A stretch of DNA of 64,000 bases from a phage, in assembly GCA_019897865.1 (NCBI GenBank), contig GCA_019897865.1_4532.1. One strand, written 5' to 3'. The notes under the pieces are model-generated. The model saw nothing but the letters and a program-made list of their open reading frames with translations, had not been told where the DNA came from and made no database searches. Position numbers and translations under genes: made by a program. Shown here piece after piece: positions 8,549 to 18,151 of the stretch (position 1 is its first letter; the number at the start of each line of letters is the position of its first letter).

Positions 8549-8566
8549 ATAATAGGAGAGTGTGTT

Positions 8567-8764
8567 ATGTTAGTCAGTGAAATACTACCTGACTCTAATG
8601 GTAATCAGATCACTATTGATTGGTTTCCTGGTACTGGTACACTAGATCTAACTGCTGAATGGTCTGGTGATATTTATGGAGAAGGTGTATTATCCTTGTC
8701 TACAGAACAAATGATCATCCTTCGTGACTTCTTAATTAGTTTAGATCTAGGAGAAAACAAATGA
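8567..8764 (+). CDS. hypothetical protein
   Basis: Track ORF 8528..8764; ATG at 8567 preceded by AGGAGAG. Confidence 0.45.
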   Translation: MLVSEILPDSNGNQITIDWFPGTGTLDLTAEWSGDIYGEGVLSLSTEQMIILRDFLISLDLGENK

Positions 8765-9030
8765 GTAAAACTTCTGTTGAGTTTATCGAGAAATCCCCTG
8801 TTCCAAAGTTATACCGTTTATCTGAAATTGAACCTATGTCTGTTTTCTATTACTACAACTCAGAAGTAAATGAACAAGAACGGGACTACTACTTAGCTAC
8901 AGATACAGGTGCAGTTTGCTTAACAGGTTCTCGTGCAGGAGAATACATTGCAAATAGTCGTTTTAATGAAGCAGATTCCTGTTGGGCTAAGGTTGAAACT
9001 AAGATCGTCATCAACATCATCAATCATTAA
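8761..9030 (+). CDS. hypothetical protein
   Basis: 89-aa ORF overlapping upstream stop. Confidence 0.5.
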   Translation: MSKTSVEFIEKSPVPKLYRLSEIEPMSVFYYYNSEVNEQERDYYLATDTGAVCLTGSRAGEYIANSRFNEADSCWAKVETKIVINIINH

Positions 9031-9052
9031 GATTAATCTCACAAAGAGTTAC

Positions 9053-9082
9053 TTGACATGTGCAAAGCTCTTTGTGTAGAAT
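9053..9082 (+). promoter_or_regulatory. sigma70-like promoter TTGACA-N18-TAGAAT overlapped by an 8-bp inverted repeat
   Basis: -35 at 9053-9058, -10 at 9077-9082; acaaagag (9041-9048) and ctctttgt (9068-9075) are reverse complements. Confidence 0.5.
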
Positions 9083-9112
9083 AAAGATTCACTTACTAAG
9101 GAGACTTTATAA

Positions 9113-9310
9113 ATGGCTACAAAGAAACAGAAAATGAAATGTCTTACTCTTACTGAACTGGGTCAAGCTTCCAACTGCGTTACTGTTGGTAAGATTTATT
9201 CTACAGTTCTTGATAAAGACAACAACAGTTTTACTTTCAAAGATGATAACGGAAACCCTCAAGTTGGAATCTACCCTTCCTGTGCTTTTGGTACTTGGGA
9301 AAAAGTGTAA
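9113..9310 (+). CDS. hypothetical small protein
   Basis: 65-aa ORF with AAGGAG RBS. Confidence 0.5.
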   Translation: MATKKQKMKCLTLTELGQASNCVTVGKIYSTVLDKDNNSFTFKDDNGNPQVGIYPSCAFGTWEKV

Positions 9311-9353
9311 CTAATTAGAGGGTATACTTGTAAACAAGATTAAGGAGGCATTT

Positions 9354-9527
9354 ATGGGAGATAAACAAAGTAACATCCGTTACGCGCTTTATGGAAGAAT
9401 GGGTGCAGATTGTGAATGGATGCTTCTGTCGCAACGTATACCCTCTTACAAAGAGGCTCTTGAAAAAAGAGACTATTATAAACAAACATGGCGTTTTGTC
9501 ATTTGTAAACACTATTTGGAGGCGTGA
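9354..9527 (+). CDS. hypothetical small protein (57 aa), not in ORF track
   Basis: Perfect TAAGGAGG RBS 6 nt before ATG; preferred over antisense track ORF 9315..9542. Confidence 0.45.
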   Translation: MGDKQSNIRYALYGRMGADCEWMLLSQRIPSYKEALEKRDYYKQTWRFVICKHYLEA

Positions 9528-9835
9528 TGAGTACATTATCATTAGCAGTTATGGTACATCAACAGTATGAAGAAGCTGTGAAAGATTCAGAAAACCCTTC
9601 TACATTGGTGTTTGAAGATCGGACTGGTCTTAAATGGGTAGAATCTTGTGGTGAACTTTACTTTTGGTATCCACAAGGTTGCACAAGTAATTCTAATCTG
9701 TATAGTTATGAATTGGAGTATCGTGCGCCTGTAGACGAAGATGATAATTACATCATGTATTATGTTAATAATGGTTGCGGTGAAATGTTTAATGTAGTAT
9801 TCTCTAAAGCCTTGAAGTCCGACGAGGAGATGTGA
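9527..9835 (+). CDS. hypothetical protein
   Basis: Track ORF 9524..9835; ATG at 9527 overlaps upstream TGA. Confidence 0.5.
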   Translation: MSTLSLAVMVHQQYEEAVKDSENPSTLVFEDRTGLKWVESCGELYFWYPQGCTSNSNLYSYELEYRAPVDEDDNYIMYYVNNGCGEMFNVVFSKALKSDEEM

Positions 9836-10194
9836 TGAGAAAAGTGCTGTTTGCCTTGCTGTTATTAGCCTCTACTGGTGTTTTTGCTCGTGACGGCTTT
9901 AAGGTTGGGGCAGATCGCACTAAATTCTTCACATGGTTCGGAGGTGAAGCACTTTACCAAGACGGTAAAGATAAAATAAAATGTAAGTATGTAGAAACAT
10001 TAAAAGGTGTGGATGATTGGGGCGATGCTTATCAAGCAACAGGCTTCTCTTGTAAGAAACACCTTTACATTGTAGTAAAAGAGTTTCAAGATATAAATAA
10101 ACAACTTTTTATTTTAGTAGATCCTAGTAAATTTAATGAACGGGCAGCTTATGAAGTTGACATGTTCTTAGAATACAAGAAGGAGGAAAAATGA
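9835..10194 (+). CDS. secreted protein with signal peptide
   Basis: MRKVLFALLLLASTGVFA signal peptide; GAGGAG RBS. Confidence 0.5.
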   Translation: MRKVLFALLLLASTGVFARDGFKVGADRTKFFTWFGGEALYQDGKDKIKCKYVETLKGVDDWGDAYQATGFSCKKHLYIVVKEFQDINKQLFILVDPSKFNERAAYEVDMFLEYKKEEK

Positions 10195-10553
10195 GAGAAA
10201 CGATTGTAGATGTTGTTATTAATGGTCAACGTTATGTGCCTGTTGTAGATAAAGCTGAACCAGATGCTTTAGATGTTGTTTTTGAAGACGATGATCTTGG
10301 CACTGTTACTGTGCGTGAATATTTCAGACGACTGCTCTCTACACTTTGGGAAGAAGAAGACAGTTTCAGTGGAAAACGTCCTTTCGGTAATTCTTGTTGG
10401 CAGTTCGATTTGATTATTGGTTTGATCGATGCTGGGTACTTGGAAGGTAAAGTTTATCGTGACGAAGATGGTGGTATAGAAGATACCGACTATGATCGAG
10501 AAGAAGCAGATAAACTAATTCAAGGTCTGATCGCACGTATGTGTTTAGGTTAA
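10191..10553 (+). CDS. hypothetical acidic protein
   Basis: 120-aa ORF overlapping upstream stop. Confidence 0.5.
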   Translation: MRETIVDVVINGQRYVPVVDKAEPDALDVVFEDDDLGTVTVREYFRRLLSTLWEEEDSFSGKRPFGNSCWQFDLIIGLIDAGYLEGKVYRDEDGGIEDTDYDREEADKLIQGLIARMCLG

Positions 10554-10554
10554 T

Positions 10555-10923
10555 ATGAAGGTATTAAACTTTTACCATTTAGGCAAAACAATCCCAGAAG
10601 GTGCTGTTTATATTGGTAGAGCAATGCCACACATGGGACTAAAAGCCTCCAAGTTTGCAAACCCTTTTAAGTTAAAAGATGATGAACCACGAGGATCAAC
10701 TATACAAAGGTATAAAGAGTGGTTGTGGGAGCAAATTCGTTGTGGTAAGATCACTCTTGAAGATTTATTAGAGCTAGAAGGGAAAGATTTAGTTTGCTTC
10801 TGCTCCCCTCAACCTTGTCATGGAGATGTATTGATAGCAGCCGTGGCTTGGGCTAGAAAAGAGTGGGACAAAAGGCATTCTACTTATGTAGACAATTATT
10901 GGATTTGGGAGGAGAATTTTTGA
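10555..10923 (+). CDS. DUF4326-like protein
   Basis: 122 aa; VYIGRAMPHMGLKASKFANPF motif typical of DUF4326. Confidence 0.45.
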   Translation: MKVLNFYHLGKTIPEGAVYIGRAMPHMGLKASKFANPFKLKDDEPRGSTIQRYKEWLWEQIRCGKITLEDLLELEGKDLVCFCSPQPCHGDVLIAAVAWARKEWDKRHSTYVDNYWIWEENF

Positions 10924-11273
10924 AAAATATTATTGATGTAGATGTGTTTGGTATCACAACACTACAAGACAAACAAGCAACACTGTATTATCATAAAAAA
11001 GAGGACCAAGCTTACATCTACATCGGGGCAGAAAAGTTTGGTGTTGGAGATATGGTTTTAAATGTTGAAGGAGATCTTCCTTTAGAACAAAAGTTGAAAG
11101 TTTTTCGTTTCACAGGAGATGTTAAACTAGACGGCGTTATCGCAATCCTACAAGAAGACCATTATTATATGGTAACTTTCGTTACTCCTGCTTTCTCTGG
11201 CCTTAATGGAGAAGAAGCCCTTAACGATGTTATTATCTTAAAGATTGGTAATGCTCTAAACGATGTAAACTAA
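10920..11273 (+). CDS. hypothetical protein
   Basis: Track ORF 10863..11273; TTG at 10920 is 5 nt after GGGAGGAG. Confidence 0.4.
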   Translation: MKNIIDVDVFGITTLQDKQATLYYHKKEDQAYIYIGAEKFGVGDMVLNVEGDLPLEQKLKVFRFTGDVKLDGVIAILQEDHYYMVTFVTPAFSGLNGEEALNDVIILKIGNALNDVN

Positions 11274-11283
11274 AGGAGGGAGT

Positions 11284-11793
11284 ATGTTCTTTGATGCAAA
11301 TTCTCTTTTTGTATCTACAGCAGGGCAATCTGCTGTTAATGCAGAATTTGAGGAAAGAGAAGAATGGATTGATAATCACAACTATGATCCAAGTAATTTA
11401 AACTGGTGCAGTTTGGATGTTGGTAATCTTAGTAGAGATAATGCACTTAGAGCATACTACTCTGTATATACTGTTGACAATCTTTATCAATACTATGTGT
11501 TTCGTAGTCTTATTGTTAATCTTAATTTAGCTGGACGTTTAAAGAACAATAAGGCATTCACATTGGGACATTATATTCCCTTCCGTAAAGGTGGTGTGCA
11601 TTTTCCATGTAATTGGATTATTCAAACACGAAAAGAAAACAGTTTAGCAGGAGATACCATGCCAAGATTTAAAGATAAGTGGACATGGGAAAAACAAATG
11701 GGATACATTAATGCACATTTGCCACCTAATCTAAAAGAACCTTATGCCAGCAGAGCTAAGGAAATGATGAGGATTGTCAAGAGTTTTTATTAA
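11284..11793 (+). CDS. hypothetical protein, possibly HNH-like nuclease
   Basis: 169 aa; GHYIPFRKGGVHFPCNWIIQTRKEN loosely fits an HNH H..P..GG...N pattern. Confidence 0.35.
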   Translation: MFFDANSLFVSTAGQSAVNAEFEEREEWIDNHNYDPSNLNWCSLDVGNLSRDNALRAYYSVYTVDNLYQYYVFRSLIVNLNLAGRLKNNKAFTLGHYIPFRKGGVHFPCNWIIQTRKENSLAGDTMPRFKDKWTWEKQMGYINAHLPPNLKEPYASRAKEMMRIVKSFY

Positions 11794-11807
11794 GAGAGGA
11801 GAAATAC

Positions 11808-13400
11808 GTGTCTACACAATTGAGTTTTACACCTACCGACGAACAATACGCTATTGAAAGTGGGTATCAAGAAAATCGTTTCGTTACAATTCAAGCTAAA
11901 TCTGGATCAGGTAAAACGTCAACGCTGTATATGTTGGCTAATGGCACAAATGATAGTATTCTATACTTGGCGTTTAACAAAAGTATGGCAGAGGAAGCTC
12001 GACGTAAAATGCCGCCTAATGTTATGTGCCGAACGCTACATTCAATCTGTTACCAGCGTCTTCCACAAAACCTTCGACACAAATTGTCTCGTCCAGAAGG
12101 TCAATATGTTAACGTAGCTGGAACTGGTAGTGAGATTGCCAAAAAATTCAAGATTCAGAACTTGATTGATAAGAATGGTAAAGTGCTACTGACTCGTGCA
12201 ATGATCGGGTTAATGGTAAAACAAACTTTAGCTAAATATGAGTTTTCTGACGATGAACATATTGGACATAAACATTTTCCTAAAGTACATATGTCAGATC
12301 TTAAACGTAAGAACATCAACGAACAAAAACTTATTAACGAAGTTGTTAAATATGCGAAGCAACTTTGGCGTGAGCGTATTGATCCTAAATCAGAAACCAT
12401 TATGACTCATGACACCTATGTGAAACTCTTCGAATTGAGTAAAGAAGATTTAGGATACGATATTATTTTTGGAGATGAATTCCAGGATGTTAACCCTGCA
12501 TTCCTGTCTATCCTTCGTAATGCTAAATCGGCTAAACGTATTGTTGTTGTGGGTGATGAATTTCAGAGTATTTATCAGTTCCGTGGAAGCCAGAACATGA
12601 TGAAGCAAACGGCTACATATGGGGTTGAGTTGCCTCTGACAGCTTGTTTTCGCTTTGGTCCTAAAGTTGCGGACATTGCTAATGCGATCCTTTCTGATCG
12701 TTCACCTCTGAAGCATCCGCTGGTAGGCAAAGGTTATGATACTGTCACTGGAAGTTTTCATTCTGATGTGGTAGATTATAGTAAACCTTACACCATTATT
12801 TTCCGTAAGAATTTGACCCTGTTGCTCGAAGCTATGGATCGAATCGCTAACGGAGAAGAGATTATTATTAACGTAGATACCAAAGATTTCATTTCTATGG
12901 TTGATAGTGTTAATGCTTTACGTAGAGGTGATTTGGACAAAGTTAAGCATGAGACAGTTCTACCTTACACTTCTTGGGAAGAATTTGTAGAGTGTGCAGA
13001 ATCAGATCCTGATGCAAAACGACTTTTAAACATTGTTGTTTCTGGTAAAGCTAATAATATTGCATACACTTTACGTATGCACCGTAACTCTCCAACGGCT
13101 AAAGTTACTTTAACTACAGCCCACAAATCAAAAGGTTTGGAATGGGATCAGGTTATTGTTGCAAATGACTTCCCTTCTAATTATGATAAGAAGGGTGAGT
13201 GGGTAGGTCTTGAAGAATCAGAACGAAATCTCCTGTATGTTGCACATACACGTTGTATTAAATGTCTGCAATGGAACCGGACTGTTCAAGAGATTTTAGA
13301 CATGCATCGTTTAGGTAAGAGCACGGCTCCTGTATCTGAAGAAGATAAGCTTATAGCTGCCCTTGCTCGTAAGATTAATCAAATCAGAGAGGATCGTTAA
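11808..13400 (+). CDS. UvrD/PcrA-like superfamily 1 DNA helicase
   Basis: 530 aa; motif I AKSGSGKTSTL, motif II IIFGDEFQD, motif III VVVGDEFQSIYQFRGS. Confidence 0.75.
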   Translation: MSTQLSFTPTDEQYAIESGYQENRFVTIQAKSGSGKTSTLYMLANGTNDSILYLAFNKSMAEEARRKMPPNVMCRTLHSICYQRLPQNLRHKLSRPEGQYVNVAGTGSEIAKKFKIQNLIDKNGKVLLTRAMIGLMVKQTLAKYEFSDDEHIGHKHFPKVHMSDLKRKNINEQKLINEVVKYAKQLWRERIDPKSETIMTHDTYVKLFELSKEDLGYDIIFGDEFQDVNPAFLSILRNAKSAKRIVVVGDEFQSIYQFRGSQNMMKQTATYGVELPLTACFRFGPKVADIANAILSDRSPLKHPLVGKGYDTVTGSFHSDVVDYSKPYTIIFRKNLTLLLEAMDRIANGEEIIINVDTKDFISMVDSVNALRRGDLDKVKHETVLPYTSWEEFVECAESDPDAKRLLNIVVSGKANNIAYTLRMHRNSPTAKVTLTTAHKSKGLEWDQVIVANDFPSNYDKKGEWVGLEESERNLLYVAHTRCIKCLQWNRTVQEILDMHRLGKSTAPVSEEDKLIAALARKINQIREDR

Positions 13401-13652
13401 ATGGCGGGGTATCACATAACAGACATTAAGAAACAACCTTATGGCAGCATAGAAAAGATTAAAGAGGAAGTAGAAGAACTTTTTGATGCTGTTGAACAGG
13501 ATTGCAAAATAATGCAACTTGTTGAATTATCAGATATTATAGGTGCTGTGGAGGGAGTTTTAGAACAACAGTTTCCAGATATGACTTTACAAGATTTAAT
13601 CATTATGTCCAGCATTACTAAACGCGCTTTCCGCACAGGAGGAAGATCATGA
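13401..13652 (+). CDS. small helical protein, possibly MazG-like
   Basis: 83 aa; EEVEELFDAVE and ELSDIIGAVE acidic helix motifs. Confidence 0.3.
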   Translation: MAGYHITDIKKQPYGSIEKIKEEVEELFDAVEQDCKIMQLVELSDIIGAVEGVLEQQFPDMTLQDLIIMSSITKRAFRTGGRS

Positions 13653-14203
13653 ACGTAGCTGTTATTGCTCAAGCTATTGATTACTACGGGCGATTTGCGG
13701 AGATGTTGGAAGTCCCTTATCTTGTAGATGCGGATATCCTTGCATATACATTACCAGAAGGTAAAGAGGATCGCCCCTTGGGGCATCCTAATGGTAAGTT
13801 CTACGTAGCCAGTGCAGAGCAGTCTTTCCTCCAGATGGAGAAAGACGGGTTTGAATTTTCAACAGATCATCCTTATATGGCTCTAACACCTTGCTACCGA
13901 ACAGAAGAAGAGTTAGATGATGTTCATTTTAACATTTTCTTGAAGTTGGAAATTATTGAGTTTTATCCAGGAGCATCCATCAAAGAATATGCCGAAACTA
14001 TGCGCTATTTCTTTTGGACGTATTACAAAGTTCAAACTCAAATCATAGAGACAGATATTGGTCTTGACGTGGAAGATATGTATGGGTTAGAATTAGGTTC
14101 GTTTGGGATGAGAACTTCTCCACAAGGTCATCCGTATTTATACGCCACTGGTATCGCAGAGCCTAGGGCATCTATTGCAATAAAACGAGGAGGGTTATTA
14201 TGA
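13649..14203 (+). CDS. hypothetical protein
   Basis: 184-aa ORF overlapping neighbours. Confidence 0.5.
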   Translation: MNVAVIAQAIDYYGRFAEMLEVPYLVDADILAYTLPEGKEDRPLGHPNGKFYVASAEQSFLQMEKDGFEFSTDHPYMALTPCYRTEEELDDVHFNIFLKLEIIEFYPGASIKEYAETMRYFFWTYYKVQTQIIETDIGLDVEDMYGLELGSFGMRTSPQGHPYLYATGIAEPRASIAIKRGGLL

Positions 14204-15549
14204 ATGTATATACACATAAGCAAGATTTGGTAACAGCGGCAAACAATCGGGGCTTGTTCGATAGGCTTTGCAAAGCTATTGAAATTGCATATGGTTGGAC
14301 TAAAGAGACAGATCCTAAACTTACAGGACAATATGCTCTTTTACACGGTTGCACAAATTTTCCATACGTCTGTCACACAGTCGGGACCAATGAATTTTCT
14401 GGAGAGCCGACAGTAGGAGATAATGAGCTACGTTTTACAGGAGATGCAATGCTAGATTTAATTCTTAAGAAAACTAAAATGTTAAAAATTGAAGATGTTT
14501 ACACAGACACTAGTAACCTTTCTGAAGAAGAAATTGGAGAAATGATTACTACTTTCAATAATACAACAGGGAAGAGTTTTTGGACTAAAAGCGATGCTTC
14601 CCGTCTTAAACGAGTAGACCCTGCTATTCCAGAAGACGGTAAGAAGTATCGAAAAGTTATCTTTTACGATAAAATGGCAGGTCTGGATGCGCTGCATCTT
14701 GAGTGTGGAAGCCTTGTGCCTCCGGCTGTCAGAGAACATGAATTTGCAGTTGAGGTTGAAGCACAGGAGTTTAAAGATATGTTTTATACTAAGCATGTAA
14801 GGAAAGTGGAAGATATGGAACAACAAAAAGAGACTTTTGAACCAGAAGACACAGAGCCTACCTATATTCCTAATACAGGTATTCAACCTTGTGAAGACTT
14901 TGTTCAAGTCCGTTACAAAAATGGTGTTTTAGAAGTATGCAAAGCCAACCACTTTGAATGGGAGAAATACGATAGTGAATGGCAGATTGAAGAATATTTT
15001 GTTCTCCCAAGAACAGCAAAATACCAAGCCCACATTGGAGGTAAACGCCCTTGTGATGGTCCTGTTGATGTTCTTTTTCGAAATGGGGACCAAGGAAAAG
15101 GTTTGTCGGCAGAGACGCTTTATTGGAGCCACTCTGGAGATGGATCAGACATTGTAGGTTATATTAAACTTAACCCGTCTCCACGTTACCGCAAGCGTCG
15201 TCAGAAGCCGCCAGTAGGTAAGAAGAGTGTCGTTCGTGTCCTCTACACTACACAACAGACCTACACATTTAAAAATGTGGTAGACGTGCAAGTGACTGAG
15301 GAGCGAGTTTATATCCAATATGATCGTGAAGTTACAGAGGGTATCAAAGAATCGGTTACTACCGAAATTGAAAATAAGCTTGTTATGGCGATCATTGTGG
15401 AAGAAAGTAAAGTAGAGAACGGTAAAGCCTACACTGTTCGTGATAGCTTCTTGCGTAATATCGATGGAACTTGGGATTATAATGGACATGATGGGACCGC
15501 TGTAAAGAACGGTAAGATTATGGGAAGACAATTCCTCTCCAAACAATAA
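14200..15549 (+). CDS. hypothetical protein
   Basis: 449-aa ORF, followed by terminator. Confidence 0.55.
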   Translation: MNVYTHKQDLVTAANNRGLFDRLCKAIEIAYGWTKETDPKLTGQYALLHGCTNFPYVCHTVGTNEFSGEPTVGDNELRFTGDAMLDLILKKTKMLKIEDVYTDTSNLSEEEIGEMITTFNNTTGKSFWTKSDASRLKRVDPAIPEDGKKYRKVIFYDKMAGLDALHLECGSLVPPAVREHEFAVEVEAQEFKDMFYTKHVRKVEDMEQQKETFEPEDTEPTYIPNTGIQPCEDFVQVRYKNGVLEVCKANHFEWEKYDSEWQIEEYFVLPRTAKYQAHIGGKRPCDGPVDVLFRNGDQGKGLSAETLYWSHSGDGSDIVGYIKLNPSPRYRKRRQKPPVGKKSVVRVLYTTQQTYTFKNVVDVQVTEERVYIQYDREVTEGIKESVTTEIENKLVMAIIVEESKVENGKAYTVRDSFLRNIDGTWDYNGHDGTAVKNGKIMGRQFLSKQ

Positions 15550-15555
15550 AACTTA

Positions 15556-15578
15556 AAGGCGCACTTTGCGCCTTTTTT
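15556..15578 (+). terminator. Rho-independent terminator
   Basis: aaggcgca ctt tgcgcctt hairpin followed by TTTTTT. Confidence 0.75.
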
Positions 15579-15649
15579 GATTTTCCTCAAAGCTTTTTTC
15601 GGTTGGAAGAGGTAGAATAATAGTTCTACTCACAAAATAAGGATTAATA

Positions 15650-17464
15650 ATGAAAGATTTGTACCAAGATGTTTTTTCTTTTTTAGATCGCACTTCAGAA
15701 ACATACACTAGAGAGAATGCAAACAAACCTTCCCACCTCGTTAACACGCATAGGGATCTCTTGGCGGGGATTTTAAGCAAACATATGGCAATGACACAGA
15801 TACTGCCAAAAAACTTGTCAGAATGGCATACAGAAGGTTTTGGACATATTCACGATTTGGATTATCTACTCTCTCCTCTTACAAACTGTTGTCTTGTTAA
15901 TTATCAAGATATGTTAGAGAATGGTTTTAAGATCGGAGCCGCACAAATAGAAAAACCAAAATCTATTGGGGTAGCTACTACAGTGCTAACTCAAATCATT
16001 CAAGCTGTTGCCTCCAGTCAGTATGGAGGTCAGACGTGTGCGCACATTGATAAAGGTCTTAGTCCTTATGTTGAAGCTAGTTTCCTTAAAAACATGGAGA
16101 TAACTAAACGTCGCTACGGTTGTTATGCAAGGAAAGAAGCCCTAGAAATGACCGAACAAGATGTATATGATGCTATGCAAACTCTCTTGTATCAGGTTAA
16201 TACTTTAATGAGTGTAAATGGACAATCTCCTTTTATTACAATTAGTATGGGTCTGGATACCTCTGTTTTTGGCAGAATGATCACAGCTAACTATCTTAAA
16301 GTGCATAGTAATGGTCTAGGCAAAGATCATGTAACACCTGTATTTCCTAAAGTTATTTTCTTTTTACAAGAAGGTGTTAACATGAAACCTAGTGATCCTA
16401 ATTATGACCTTAAGCAACAAGCTTTGGCATGTTGTGCTGATCGCATTTATCCAGATTTTATTTCTGTTCCTTTGAACAAAGAAGTTACGGGATCAGCAGA
16501 TGGTACTGTTACGAGTATGGGTTGTCGTTCCTTTTTGTCGTACTATGCCACCGAACAAGGAGAAAAATATGATGGACGATTCAACCTTGGAGTAGTTTCT
16601 ATCAACTTGCCTCTGATTGCTGCGGAAGCGAGAAGTAAAGGAGAATCTTTCACCGACCTCCTTAATAAACATATGGAGATAGCCTACGATGCTCACATGT
16701 TACGTGTAAACCGTATTAAACATACCAAAGCATCTGAAAACCCTATTCTTTTCATGGAAGGGGCTTTAGCGCGTTTAAATGCCAACGATGAAATTGGTGT
16801 TTTGTTTGAAGATGGTTATGCTTCTATTAGTATTGGTTATGTAGGTCTTGCTGAAGCTTTGGAAATCCTTTATCCAGAAGAAAAAGATAAAAAGGAGCTA
16901 GGTAAAAACATTCTGCAACATATGAAAGATGTGTGTGCTGTGTTTAAAGAGCGATCTAAGCTGGCATTTAGTCTCTATGGAACTCCAGCAGAATCTTTGT
17001 GCTATAAGTTTGCAACAGCTTTAAATGAAAAATATCCAGGTCTGGTAGAAAGAGATTATCTTACTAACTCTTTTCATCAACCTGTATGGTTGGTAACAAA
17101 TCCTTTTGAAAAATGGGATTATGAAGCAGGTTTTGCACAGATTAGTAATGGTGGTAACATAAGTTATGTCGAAACACCAAACTTAAAGAATAACTTAGAA
17201 GCTTTGGAGACTTTAGTAGACTACGCTTATGAACATATTCACTATTTTGGTATTAATCAGCCCGTGGATCAATGCTTTAAGTGTGGTTTTCATGGAGAAT
17301 TTAAGGCAACGGCTAAAGGGTTTGAGTGCCCTGATTGTGGCAACCATGAAGAAGAAACTATTTCTGTAGTTAGACGTGTATCAGGGTATCTTTCTGCTCC
17401 TAATTCACGGCCTTATAACAAAGGTAAAATGCAGGAAGTTTTGCAAAGGGAGAAACATCTTTGA
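15650..17464 (+). CDS. nrdD: anaerobic ribonucleoside-triphosphate reductase (class III)
   Basis: 604 aa; C-terminal Zn ribbon CFKCGFHGEF...CPDCG and glycyl-radical motif RRVSGYL. Confidence 0.85.
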   Translation: MKDLYQDVFSFLDRTSETYTRENANKPSHLVNTHRDLLAGILSKHMAMTQILPKNLSEWHTEGFGHIHDLDYLLSPLTNCCLVNYQDMLENGFKIGAAQIEKPKSIGVATTVLTQIIQAVASSQYGGQTCAHIDKGLSPYVEASFLKNMEITKRRYGCYARKEALEMTEQDVYDAMQTLLYQVNTLMSVNGQSPFITISMGLDTSVFGRMITANYLKVHSNGLGKDHVTPVFPKVIFFLQEGVNMKPSDPNYDLKQQALACCADRIYPDFISVPLNKEVTGSADGTVTSMGCRSFLSYYATEQGEKYDGRFNLGVVSINLPLIAAEARSKGESFTDLLNKHMEIAYDAHMLRVNRIKHTKASENPILFMEGALARLNANDEIGVLFEDGYASISIGYVGLAEALEILYPEEKDKKELGKNILQHMKDVCAVFKERSKLAFSLYGTPAESLCYKFATALNEKYPGLVERDYLTNSFHQPVWLVTNPFEKWDYEAGFAQISNGGNISYVETPNLKNNLEALETLVDYAYEHIHYFGINQPVDQCFKCGFHGEFKATAKGFECPDCGNHEEETISVVRRVSGYLSAPNSRPYNKGKMQEVLQREKHL

Positions 17465-17931
17465 ATTTTGCAGGATATGAACCTGTAGATCTTATTAATG
17501 GTGAGGGAGTTAGGTGCTCCCTCTGGGTTAGTGGTTGTAGCCACGGTTGTCGTGGCTGTTTTAACCAAAAAGCCTGGTCTTATTCTTATGGGAAACCGTT
17601 TACTGACGAAAATGTAGAGCAAGTTTTAAAAGATTTGTCAAGACCATTTGTAAAAGGTTTAACAGTTTTAGGAGGAGAACCATTAGATCCGCAGAATATT
17701 CACAATGTTAAAAGCCTTATAGAAAAGGTTAGAGACGTTTATGGGTCAAGCAAAGATATAATGGTGTATACAGGATATACTTTTGAGGAAGTGCCTTTGT
17801 ATATTAAAAATCTTGTTGACATTATTGTAGACGGAAAGTACGAAATAAACAATCCAACTACAAAACCTTTCAGAGGGTCAGATAATCAAAGATTATGGAC
17901 CAAAACGGCAAGTGGTTGGCAATCAGATTAA
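17461..17931 (+). CDS. nrdG: anaerobic ribonucleotide reductase activating protein (radical SAM)
   Basis: 156 aa; CSHGCRGC radical-SAM cluster motif; TTG start overlapping nrdD stop. Confidence 0.8.
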   Translation: MNFAGYEPVDLINGEGVRCSLWVSGCSHGCRGCFNQKAWSYSYGKPFTDENVEQVLKDLSRPFVKGLTVLGGEPLDPQNIHNVKSLIEKVRDVYGSSKDIMVYTGYTFEEVPLYIKNLVDIIVDGKYEINNPTTKPFRGSDNQRLWTKTASGWQSD

Positions 17932-17944
17932 CTTAGGAGGTTTC

Positions 17945-18136
17945 ATGGTTACATATTTTGCTGTAGGAGATAGAGTAGGGACGGCAGGAGAACTGTTGAA
18001 GAACAGTGATCGGGACGTTAAGGAGATTCTTGCAACCCTTGTGGATATTTTACAAAGAAAAGAGTTGCTTTCTGATCGAGATGTTGCTAAATTACTTGAT
18101 ATCGGAGGAGATGAACTTCAAAGACTTCCATTTTAA
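17945..18136 (+). CDS. hypothetical small protein
   Basis: Track ORF 17912..18136; ATG at 17945 preceded by AGGAGG. Confidence 0.45.
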   Translation: MVTYFAVGDRVGTAGELLKNSDRDVKEILATLVDILQRKELLSDRDVAKLLDIGGDELQRLPF

Positions 18137-18151
18137 GTGAGGAGATAAGTA

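Noticed and set aside
9315-9542. 75-aa minus-strand ORF from the track
   Set aside because: Antisense to a plus-strand small ORF with a perfect TAAGGAGG RBS in a uniformly plus-strand block; no RBS of its own.
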